Below, piece after piece: positions 16,800 through 25,218 of a stretch of 42,898 bases of DNA. Under the pieces are notes generated by a model, which ran no database searches, was not told the DNA's origin, and was given only the letters and a program-made list of their open reading frames with translations. Source of the DNA: Candidatus Mcinerneyibacteriota bacterium (GTDB lineage: Bacteria; AUK180; JAQVHJ01); the NCBI GenBank assembly GCA_030630935.1, contig DAOVMD010000001.1:1-42898 (forward strand). The letters are read 5' to 3'. Each line of letters begins with the position of its first letter. The stretch's first letter is position 1. The position numbers and the translations under genes are program-made.

Positions 16800-17571
16800 A
16801 GGATTTGAGTTTTGGGATAAGGTAGGGAAATCATTTATTGACTATTCCACTGCTCCTACAACAAAGTATTATTTTGATGAAGAAATTACCGCAATAAAGA
16901 AACACTTTGAATTATCTCCTGAAAAAACTTTTTTAAAATTAGACCTATGGAATGAAGCAATTAATACTAATATTCTATTTGAAGTAGCAAAATCGGGGAT
17001 TGAATGTTTTGGACTCGATATATCTGAAGGTATTGTTCAGCGTGCCTATAATAAATCCCGTTTTGAGGGAGTAGATATAAACTTTGTAATTGGAGATATT
17101 TTTAATCTTCCATTTAAGAAAAATTCTTTTGATTATTTATATACAATGGGAACAATTGAACATTCAAAAAACATGGAATCGATTGTTTCTCAAATCTATC
17201 AAGTACTCAAGCCCGGTGGGAAAGCAATTATAGGATTACCAAATAGGCTGGATCCTTTTTTCCGCCCGCTATTAAAAAATATAATGGAGCTCTTTAATAT
17301 ATATTCGTTTGGATTAGAAAAGTCATTAGATGTTGCAGAATTAAGAAATCTGTTTTTTAAGAATAAATTCAGAATTTTAAATTCCGGAAGCATGTTGTTT
17401 CTTCCCGGAATATTACGAATAATAGATCTTTTCTTTTTTAAATATTTTAGGTTTCTAACAAAAGTTACGGAAATACTATATAAGCCTTTTCAATTTTTAA
17501 AAAGAAAAATCCCATTTCTTAGACTTTCCGGTTATTTAATTTATATTGTAGTGGAGAAGAAGCAATGGTAA
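16777..17571 (+). CDS. Class I SAM-dependent methyltransferase
   Basis: 264 aa. Methyltransf_11-like pattern: ECFGLDISEGIVQRA (motif I/post-I region), FDYLYTMGTIEH, LKPGGKAIIGLPN. It overlaps the upstream gene by 23 nt. Confidence 0.7.
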   Translation: MSSGDLNEGFEFWDKVGKSFIDYSTAPTTKYYFDEEITAIKKHFELSPEKTFLKLDLWNEAINTNILFEVAKSGIECFGLDISEGIVQRAYNKSRFEGVDINFVIGDIFNLPFKKNSFDYLYTMGTIEHSKNMESIVSQIYQVLKPGGKAIIGLPNRLDPFFRPLLKNIMELFNIYSFGLEKSLDVAELRNLFFKNKFRILNSGSMLFLPGILRIIDLFFFKYFRFLTKVTEILYKPFQFLKRKIPFLRLSGYLIYIVVEKKQW

Positions 17572-18419
17572 TTCAAGAAAATATTGACTTTTGGAATGAA
17601 GCTGTAAGTCGCAATAAAGAAATATCCGTTATTGGATTCAATGCCCTTGATAACTACCCCATGGCTGAAGATCATGGAGAACTTAGAGAAGCTAAACATT
17701 TCTTCAAACCAATCTCCGGGGGAAAAAAACTTGACATCAGCTGTGGATATAGTAGATTTCTTTTTGAATATGCTGAGAAAGGATTGGAATGTCAAGGTTT
17801 TGATTTCTCTCCTGAAATGATAAAAATAGGAAAAATTTCTGCAGAATCTAAAAAATTAAAAATTGCTTTTTATGAAAATACTATTGACAACTTTAATCTT
17901 CCAAATATTAAATTCTATTATATCTGGTGCCACGATGCAACAATGTATCTTTCCCGTTATGAAATATCTAAATTATTCAATTTAATAAACCGGTATTTGA
18001 AAAAGGATGGAATCGCTTTTGTTGAGTTTCGAAATAAATTTTATGTTTTTGCTCTCTTTACAGAATTATCCAAATTTTTTCTGAAAACTATTTATCCTGG
18101 ATTTCGACATGCGTATTCTATATTAGATGCAAAAGCTTTTTCAAAAAATGCTAATTTGATAATTAAGGATATTTATGCAATAAGCTCAATTCTCTTTCCT
18201 CTTTATATACCTAAAAACTCTTTTGGTGGGTTAAAATTTTCAACAAAAGGAATGCCCGATGAAATAAAAACAAAATTTATTCCATTGTTTCCCGTTTTCA
18301 TTATAAAGTTATTCCAATTTTTATTTTTTTCTTCTTTAAAAAAAATATCTAAAGCCGGCTTTATATTCCCTGCTTATATTTCAAAAGAATTTATTTTTAA
18401 TTCTGGAAAAGAAAAATGA
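17565..18419 (+). CDS. Class I SAM-dependent methyltransferase (second copy, divergent)
   Basis: 284 aa. KKLDISCGYSRFLFEYAEKGLECQGFDFSPEMI (motif I and the acidic post-I residue), then LKKDGIAFVEF. It overlaps the upstream gene by 7 nt. Confidence 0.7.
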   Translation: MVIQENIDFWNEAVSRNKEISVIGFNALDNYPMAEDHGELREAKHFFKPISGGKKLDISCGYSRFLFEYAEKGLECQGFDFSPEMIKIGKISAESKKLKIAFYENTIDNFNLPNIKFYYIWCHDATMYLSRYEISKLFNLINRYLKKDGIAFVEFRNKFYVFALFTELSKFFLKTIYPGFRHAYSILDAKAFSKNANLIIKDIYAISSILFPLYIPKNSFGGLKFSTKGMPDEIKTKFIPLFPVFIIKLFQFLFFSSLKKISKAGFIFPAYISKEFIFNSGKEK

Positions 18420-20428
18420 CTTTTCATAAAAAGAATATTGGTTTAATGTTTGACTTTATTTACCTTTTCTCCGGAATTTTTATCTTACTGGCTCTCATTA
18501 TAAAAGTTACGTTTAATCCTCTCATTTCAGCTTTTGCAATTTTTTATTTTTTCCTCTTGATGCCTGGATATTCCCTAGTTAAGATTTTTAAAATAAACAT
18601 TTCATATCCTCATGAATATTTCAATCTTTCCTTTGTGATAGGATTGGCTGTTTTCTCAGTTTTCAGTACATTTTTTCTCGTTACTGAAATAACTTTTACA
18701 AAAGCGATCGTTCTTCTTACAATTTTTTCTATCTCCATATTTATATTTTACAAAATAAAAAGCAGGGAGGGGTTCTCATATAAAAAAAATTATGAACAGA
18801 ACTTTTTAAATTTATTCCTTATTACATTAATGGCAATATTCTGGATATTAATTATTATTTTTAAAGCTCCCGGAACGATGGATAGTTTGACTACAACTTC
18901 TTATATTTCTAAACTTGCTAATAGCACTAGAATAATCTTAATAGATGGATTCTATTCAAATAGACCCTATGATATAATCTGGTTTAACCCATGGGTTGTA
19001 TTCAATGCAATTGCTGCTAAAATCTCTAAGGTTGAATATATTTCATTATTTTCTGTTTTTCCTATACTTTTAATGCCGTTAACTGTTTTTAGTTTTTTTT
19101 ATTTTACCGAAAAGGTTTCTGGAAGTTCAAAAATTGCTTCTATTTCAGTAATTATTTTTCTCCTATTTCACGGTTTAAATGAGGGTTTATGGATATGGAG
19201 AACAAGTTCTTACCCAATGATACTCACTAATTTTATTATTATTCCCACACTTTTAGGAATATTGTTTTCAAAAAAAAATAAAAACATTATGCTTTGGGTG
19301 GCAGGTTTAATTATTTTTCTAATATGTGCAATTCACCTTATTTCTTTTTTCAATATAATTGTTATTCTCTTTAGCATATTAATTATAAATTTAATTTTCA
19401 ATAGTAAGAAAAGTCCTAATAATTCAAAATCATTTTTCATCGTTATAGTTATTGGATTGGTTTTATCAACTATATTGATTTTTTTATTACAACGTTATAA
19501 TCAACACATAGGTCTTTCAAATCAATTTCATCATGTTAAATATGGAATTTTAGAAATATCAACCAATGCTTTCATTGTAGAACCATTAAAATTATTCGTT
19601 CCTCATTATCATGTAAAACCTTGTTTTTCAACCAGGTACTTTTACTGGTTCTGCACAATTTCAGTATTCCTTTTAATTCCTTATTTTAAAAAATCAAATT
19701 CTGCAAAATATTCCTTAACCATTACTTTCGCTGCTTTGTTCATAATGTTAAACCCAATAATAACAGGTATATTAAGTAATATTACTAGTTATGCTGCAAT
19801 TGGTAGAATTAACCAAATTATTCCTTATGAGTTTATTTTAGGAATTGTTATTGTTTTTTATCTTAATTCATTTATTAATCATAAAAATAAACGAGTTTTC
19901 CTGGAAAAAATCATTGTCTTGTTAATTTTCCTAACACTTTTCTTCGGATCACTATTCGTAAATAAAAGATTAGTCAGGTTTTTCCAATCTGAAAAGTCAA
20001 CAAGCTCCTCAATCTGGAAGATGGATTACGTTATTAATGGCTGCCTTCCTCTATATCTCCATAATCCTAAGGCTTATTACCCCGTACTAAAGTTTTTAAG
20101 AAATATTAAGGAACAATCTATAATTGCTGCTGAGCCGGAACTCTCTCTATTTATCTCATCATATACAAAACATTTCGTTTTCCTAACTGTTCCAAACCAA
20201 AGTCCAATTGGAGCGTATGATCAAATTGATAGAATGGAGGCATATCAATCTCTCAAATCTAAGAATAGTAACTCGGATATAATAAAAAAGATTCTTGTGG
20301 AATATGAGATAGATTATTTGGTTCTTGAAAAAGAGAATTCTTATCTAATAAATAAGTTTGAAAACATCAATTATTTAAAAATCATTTATAATCAAGACGG
20401 ATATCTTGTTTTTAAAATTATTTATTAA
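18416..20428 (+). CDS. Large polytopic membrane protein with a C-terminal extracytoplasmic domain; paralog of 9800-11767 (GT-C-like architecture, function unknown)
   Basis: 670 aa with many hydrophobic segments. The C-terminal domain is alignable with that of the 9800-11767 product. It has a 4-nt ATGA overlap with the upstream methyltransferase gene. Confidence 0.65.
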   Translation: MTFHKKNIGLMFDFIYLFSGIFILLALIIKVTFNPLISAFAIFYFFLLMPGYSLVKIFKINISYPHEYFNLSFVIGLAVFSVFSTFFLVTEITFTKAIVLLTIFSISIFIFYKIKSREGFSYKKNYEQNFLNLFLITLMAIFWILIIIFKAPGTMDSLTTTSYISKLANSTRIILIDGFYSNRPYDIIWFNPWVVFNAIAAKISKVEYISLFSVFPILLMPLTVFSFFYFTEKVSGSSKIASISVIIFLLFHGLNEGLWIWRTSSYPMILTNFIIIPTLLGILFSKKNKNIMLWVAGLIIFLICAIHLISFFNIIVILFSILIINLIFNSKKSPNNSKSFFIVIVIGLVLSTILIFLLQRYNQHIGLSNQFHHVKYGILEISTNAFIVEPLKLFVPHYHVKPCFSTRYFYWFCTISVFLLIPYFKKSNSAKYSLTITFAALFIMLNPIITGILSNITSYAAIGRINQIIPYEFILGIVIVFYLNSFINHKNKRVFLEKIIVLLIFLTLFFGSLFVNKRLVRFFQSEKSTSSSIWKMDYVINGCLPLYLHNPKAYYPVLKFLRNIKEQSIIAAEPELSLFISSYTKHFVFLTVPNQSPIGAYDQIDRMEAYQSLKSKNSNSDIIKKILVEYEIDYLVLEKENSYLINKFENINYLKIIYNQDGYLVFKIIY

Positions 20429-21389
20429 TATTTGGAATGATTACTTCTTTAATTAAACCTATTAGACTTTTATATCCTGAAAGCGAATAATGACTTTCAT
20501 CAATGAAATCATCTTTATCCTTAATGTGTTGGTTCGCTCTGATCACAGAAATCTCTTTTTCTTTGCCGATTTGAACAACAATGTCATTGTAAGCTAGAAC
20601 ATTAAAACGCCAATTGTCCTCTGGAATTATTGCATGAGGATTAATCGCTCTGGTTAATAATATTATTTTTATTCTTTCTTCCGAACAAATTTTTATCATC
20701 TCGTTATAGTTTGCTTCGAATTCTGTTTTTGAAACGCGTGGAATTTTCTTCAAATTACTTTTCTTTCTTATAATTGAATAAAAGTAATGATAAGTTCTAC
20801 TATTTAATAAAAATCTTTTCATAACAATATTTATCTTTGACGTTTTTTTTATTATTTCGGAATCAGTATAGCTTTTTACAGGAACAGCATCATTCCAACC
20901 AAAATTAATTATCACTATATCCGGATGATGTTTAATAACCTGCTTCAACAAAATAAGACCCTGAGTTGATGAATAACCATAAATGCCTAAATTATAAACT
21001 TCATATTCATGTCTACTTTTATTTTTATTCAATGATTCTTCTAATAGTTCCGGATACGAATATTTTAGGTTACCAAGGGTGTTTGAATCACCAATGCAAA
21101 ATATTCTAAGCTTTCCCTTTTTCTTTTCTTCTGGGAATTCTCTTGTATGAAAGCCATAAGAATTAAAAGCAGGTGAATTAGGATTACCTCTCCATAAGAG
21201 ATTTTCATCTTCTGTAAAATGACCATCATTATACATATGATGTAATCTCCAGTCGTCTTCAATTACTAATGCCTTTTCCATTGTCTTCACACCAAAAAAT
21301 GCAAAAGTATATTCGAGGATGAAAAACAATACTATAGGAATGGAAATAGCAAATATTATTTTTGCTAAAAGATTTTTCTTTATTTTCAT
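20418..21389 (-). CDS. Membrane-anchored SGNH/GDSL-family hydrolase-like protein
   Basis: 323 aa. N-terminal TM helix (IIFAISIPIVLFFILEYTFAFF). Canonical blocks FCIGDSNTLG (I), NLGIYGYSS (II), NFGWNDA (III) and DESHYS (V). Its 3' end overlaps the convergent 18416-20428 gene by 11 nt. Confidence 0.8.
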   Translation of the reverse strand: MKIKKNLLAKIIFAISIPIVLFFILEYTFAFFGVKTMEKALVIEDDWRLHHMYNDGHFTEDENLLWRGNPNSPAFNSYGFHTREFPEEKKKGKLRIFCIGDSNTLGNLKYSYPELLEESLNKNKSRHEYEVYNLGIYGYSSTQGLILLKQVIKHHPDIVIINFGWNDAVPVKSYTDSEIIKKTSKINIVMKRFLLNSRTYHYFYSIIRKKSNLKKIPRVSKTEFEANYNEMIKICSEERIKIILLTRAINPHAIIPEDNWRFNVLAYNDIVVQIGKEKEISVIRANQHIKDKDDFIDESHYSLSGYKSLIGLIKEVIIPNINK

Positions 21390-22483
21390 TACAACTTCAA
21401 CGTCATTATAATTTTTTCTAATGACTTTTCCATTTTAAATTGTTTTACTATTTTGCTTGCTGAATCAGACAACTGATTTGTTTTCCCTTTATTATTTAAT
21501 AAGCTTTCGAGTTTTCTTGAAAGGGTTTCAGCATTGCCATATTTAAAAAACAAAATATCCTTACCATCCTTAAAATATTTCACCAGTTCCTGAATTGGTG
21601 TTGCAATTATCGCACACTCATTTGCTGCGGCTTCAAGAATAACAAAAGGAAAGCCTTCATAAAAGGAAGATAGTATGAATATATCTGCATGTGAAAATAA
21701 TTTTGCAGGATTTTCAACAAAACCAGGAAATTCTATAAATCCTTCTTCTATTAATTCACCCGCAAGTTCAATAAACTTCTTTTTATCAGGGCCATCTCCG
21801 GCAATAATTAATTTAAAATTAACAACTTCCTTTTTTCGTAATATCTTTATCGCTTCTATTAAAACAGAAAAACCTTTCTTCTCATCTTCAAACCTACCAG
21901 CAGAAATAAGAATTGTTTTTTCACTCGACTGCTGTGGTCCCTTATAAATCAATTCTTCTGAAATACCCGGATTAAACATAACAAGCTTATCTTTTGGAAT
22001 GTCTTTTAATTCATCAAAGATTTCATCAGAAATACAAAATACTCTTTCAAATAAAGAGAATGTTTTTATATCCAATTTTTTATATAGTTTCTTTTTTCTA
22101 CGTAAGTTCGATGTCATAAAGGGAGATTCATATACATCAAATCGAAACGCATATAACTTAAGTTCTGGTTTTCTTTTCTTAAGGGCTCCACCTATTCTAT
22201 TTGCAAAGGAGTCAAAACAAAAAACTTTTTCTATTCGTCTTTCTTCAATTATCCTGTTTATCTCTTTTAATTGAAATTTTAAAAACAAACGACTAAATCT
22301 TTGTGTCGTGATTCCGATTCCTTTCTTTTCGAGGATCTTTGTAATAATAGAATTTTCCCTGACTAAAAAATGTTGTTCTGTATTCAGTTCTATAAATTTA
22401 TCAACTAATGCAAACAGCATGCGTTCCTGTCCACCAAAAACCTCACCATACCTTTGCGCTATGTCAATGTATAGAATACTCAT
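21389..22483 (-). CDS. GT4-family (GT-B fold) glycosyltransferase
   Basis: 364 aa. C-terminal domain with IIAGDGPDK and the E-x7-E region EGFPFVILEAAANECAIIATP. Confidence 0.8.
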   Translation of the reverse strand: MSILYIDIAQRYGEVFGGQERMLFALVDKFIELNTEQHFLVRENSIITKILEKKGIGITTQRFSRLFLKFQLKEINRIIEERRIEKVFCFDSFANRIGGALKKRKPELKLYAFRFDVYESPFMTSNLRRKKKLYKKLDIKTFSLFERVFCISDEIFDELKDIPKDKLVMFNPGISEELIYKGPQQSSEKTILISAGRFEDEKKGFSVLIEAIKILRKKEVVNFKLIIAGDGPDKKKFIELAGELIEEGFIEFPGFVENPAKLFSHADIFILSSFYEGFPFVILEAAANECAIIATPIQELVKYFKDGKDILFFKYGNAETLSRKLESLLNNKGKTNQLSDSASKIVKQFKMEKSLEKIIMTLKL

Positions 22484-22486
22484 AAT

Positions 22487-23854
22487 TTATCCATTTAAAA
22501 ATGCTGCAAGTTTTCGTTTTAAAATTCTAAAAAAGTCTGCCGGGTGATAAATTAACTTAAAAAAAGTATGTAGTTTCTTTATTACTGCCTTGGTTCGATT
22601 ATAATTTGCTACTTGATTGTGGTCTGGGCTGCAAGCCGGATTATTAATCCAAGTTTTTAGTGGTTTTAATAAAACTTTCGGAGAAAATTGCTGATTAACA
22701 AAATCCTTGCATTTAGAAGAAAGCTTTTTATACTCTTCTCTATTCAACTTAGAAGCAGTAAGAATATTTTCCACAAAACGTTCAGTATCACCAATAGGGC
22801 TTACAAGCCCAAGTCCTTGTTTATTTACAATCTCTGTTATTTCCGAGCCTTTTGTAGAAAGAATCGGAAGTCCTAATCTTAACATCTCTATAATACGATA
22901 GCGAGCTCCAATTAAGGTTTCATAACTATTATTGTCAATGTTAATTCCGAAGTTACAAGCTAAAACATACTTCTCAACCTCATCTGTTTTAACCCAACCA
23001 ATAATTTTGAAATTATCTTTAAAACTTGATTGGTTAATCAAAGTTATCAACTTTTCTTGCTTTTGAGTCTTTTGACCAAAAATATTACCTCCAATTGAAA
23101 GAAACTTGATTTTTGGATTTTTTATCATTGCTCTTTCGAGAACTTTAAAAAGAAAATCTACATCTGTCCAATAGTTAAATCCTCCCATCCAAAATATTAC
23201 AAAATCATCCGGTTTAAATAAATCCAGGTTTTCTCTCCTGAAAACAGGTTTTATATAATCGAGGACTGGTTCAGGGATTATTTCAATAAACTCATATCCG
23301 CTATTTAATTTATTTAATCTTCCAATCCCACCTAATTCTCCGATCAATTCAAATTTCTGGGGTCGGGATACTACGGAAAATTTATCCGCCCTCTGCAAAA
23401 TTGCCTTTTCAATTTTCCAAAATTTAGAAGTAAGGTCTGGGATATTTTCTTTATACGCCTTTAACTGCCCTTCCATCATCATTGATCCATTTAAATCTAC
23501 CCAAACCGGAACATCTATCCCTAAGGTTGCTGCATAAAATGAGGGAAATGAATTAATCCCTAAAATTACATCAGGATTAAAGTCTCTTGCAATTTTCCTG
23601 ACCATTTCATGTTTTCTAAAATGAATCTTATTTAAAGAATAATACTTAAATCCGAATTCTTCCGTATAGAATTTATCTATGATTTCCCCATTTTCGATCA
23701 TGGGAAATTCTCTGATTGCAATTAAACATATTTCAAAATCATGCTTTAAATAATTGACAAAAATACCGGTCCTAATTTCGGGACAGGTTAATCTATCCGG
23801 ATTCTCTTCTGGTAAGGGAGATGTTCCAAATATTAATATTCGTTTTTTACCCAT
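22487..23854 (-). CDS. GT-B-like glycosyltransferase, copy 2 of a tandem paralog pair
   Basis: 455 aa. Shares ADKFSVVSRPQKFELIGEL, GGFNYWTDVDFL, NPKIKFLSIGG and GINIDNNSYETLIGARYRIIEMLRLGLPILST (GT4-like E...E region) with the adjacent 23847-25211 product. Confidence 0.65.
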   Translation of the reverse strand: MGKKRILIFGTSPLPEENPDRLTCPEIRTGIFVNYLKHDFEICLIAIREFPMIENGEIIDKFYTEEFGFKYYSLNKIHFRKHEMVRKIARDFNPDVILGINSFPSFYAATLGIDVPVWVDLNGSMMMEGQLKAYKENIPDLTSKFWKIEKAILQRADKFSVVSRPQKFELIGELGGIGRLNKLNSGYEFIEIIPEPVLDYIKPVFRRENLDLFKPDDFVIFWMGGFNYWTDVDFLFKVLERAMIKNPKIKFLSIGGNIFGQKTQKQEKLITLINQSSFKDNFKIIGWVKTDEVEKYVLACNFGINIDNNSYETLIGARYRIIEMLRLGLPILSTKGSEITEIVNKQGLGLVSPIGDTERFVENILTASKLNREEYKKLSSKCKDFVNQQFSPKVLLKPLKTWINNPACSPDHNQVANYNRTKAVIKKLHTFFKLIYHPADFFRILKRKLAAFLNG

Positions 23855-25211
23855 CTAAAAATGCCTTGAATCTTCGATTTAATACTTTTTTAAATTGCCT
23901 TGGGTTACTTATTTCCTTAATCAGGTTCAATAATTTCTGAGAACGAGTAATCCGCTTTAAATACTTTCTTTTATATATATTGTCCGGACTGGGTTGGGGA
24001 TCTTGAACCCAACTTAAAAACTCTTTTAGCACCATCTTCGATTTCCAGTGTTTAACTGCATAATCTCGACCTTTCGCACCCATAGATTTTAATTGCTGAA
24101 TAGGTGTGTTCGAGAGTTCCAGAATTCGATTTCTGAAACTATCTTGATCCCCGATACTAATCGTGAACCCAAGATTATATTCCTTAATTATTTGAGAAAT
24201 CGACGTTCCTAAGGTTGTTAATACCGGTAATCCAGCCTTCATCATATCATTAAGTCGATTTCTTCCCCCCGTAAGAGTCTCATAACTATATGAGTCAATA
24301 TTTATTCCGATATCACTCTCAAAATAGTAATTCGGAACATTTGTTGTCTCCACCCAACCAGGAAAGATGAAATTTTTCCTTAACATAGAATTATTAACTA
24401 ATTGTTTAAACTTATTAAAGGTCTGGTTATTATGCCCGGGAATCGCTCCTCCCAGGGATACAAATTTAATTTTCGGATTTACTTCCATTGCAGAACTTAA
24501 TCCCTTATATAGAAAATCAATATCAGTCCAGTAATTATACCCACCAGTCCAAAGAACAACAAAATCTTCTTCTGCTACCAATTTTTTTCTTAATACCTGT
24601 TTGTTATGTTTATATTCTCCGGAAATAATCGGATTCTGAATAACACTCACAAAATCATAGAATATATTCAAGTGACTTACTCTATTAATAGATGCAAGTT
24701 CACCGATTAATTCAAATTTCTGGGGAAGAGATACTACTGAAAACTTATCCGCTTTAGTGGTAATTGTATATTCAATTTCCAAGAACTGCCAGACGTAATA
24801 ATCATCTTTCTCTGCCGCAGCTTTGAGTTGAAATTCACAAACTAAAGAACCATTTAGGTCTGCCCAGAAAGGAATTTTTAAATCTAATAATGTTGCATAA
24901 TAAGAAGGGATTGAATTAACCCCAATCAAAACCTCTGGCTTAAATCCTCTTACGAGTTTCTTTAAATAATCAATATCGCTGAATTTATTATCATCAATAG
25001 AATAATAGATAAGGTTTTCAAATTTGTGTTTAATCTCCGAGGATTGATCTGGAGTATAGGAATCCTTGAATCGCATTCCTAAGAGTAAAACTTCTCCGAT
25101 TTTTTGTAACTCCTCAACAAAAGCTGCGGTTCTAATAGAACCGGCATAAAGTCTTTTTGGGTTTTCGAAAGGCAATGGGGCATTCCCAATTACCAAAAAT
25201 CTTTTACTCAA
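23847..25211 (-). CDS. GT-B-like glycosyltransferase, copy 1 of a tandem paralog pair
   Basis: 454 aa. ADKFSVVSLPQKFELIGEL, GGYNYWTDIDFL, NPKIKFVSLGG, GINIDSYSYETLTGGRNRLNDMMKAGLPVLTT. The basic amphipathic C-terminal tail (KKVLNRRFKAFLDG) mirrors that of its neighbour (FRILKRKLAAFLNG). Confidence 0.65.
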   Translation of the reverse strand: MSKRFLVIGNAPLPFENPKRLYAGSIRTAAFVEELQKIGEVLLLGMRFKDSYTPDQSSEIKHKFENLIYYSIDDNKFSDIDYLKKLVRGFKPEVLIGVNSIPSYYATLLDLKIPFWADLNGSLVCEFQLKAAAEKDDYYVWQFLEIEYTITTKADKFSVVSLPQKFELIGELASINRVSHLNIFYDFVSVIQNPIISGEYKHNKQVLRKKLVAEEDFVVLWTGGYNYWTDIDFLYKGLSSAMEVNPKIKFVSLGGAIPGHNNQTFNKFKQLVNNSMLRKNFIFPGWVETTNVPNYYFESDIGINIDSYSYETLTGGRNRLNDMMKAGLPVLTTLGTSISQIIKEYNLGFTISIGDQDSFRNRILELSNTPIQQLKSMGAKGRDYAVKHWKSKMVLKEFLSWVQDPQPSPDNIYKRKYLKRITRSQKLLNLIKEISNPRQFKKVLNRRFKAFLDG

Positions 25212-25218
25212 AACAAAT

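Noticed and set aside
12910-17820. Short ORFs 12910-13122 (-), 13294-13485 (-), 17199-17393 (-), 17541-17795 (-) and 17632-17820 (+)
   Set aside because: They are nested antisense or out of frame within the Wzy_C-TPR and methyltransferase genes, and I saw no independent signals.
21675-22901. Plus-strand ORFs 21675-21947, 21999-22274, 22308-22547, 22688-22876 and 22707-22901
   Set aside because: All lie antisense inside the GT4 and GT-B glycosyltransferase genes, which carry clear family motifs. The antisense products have no motifs.
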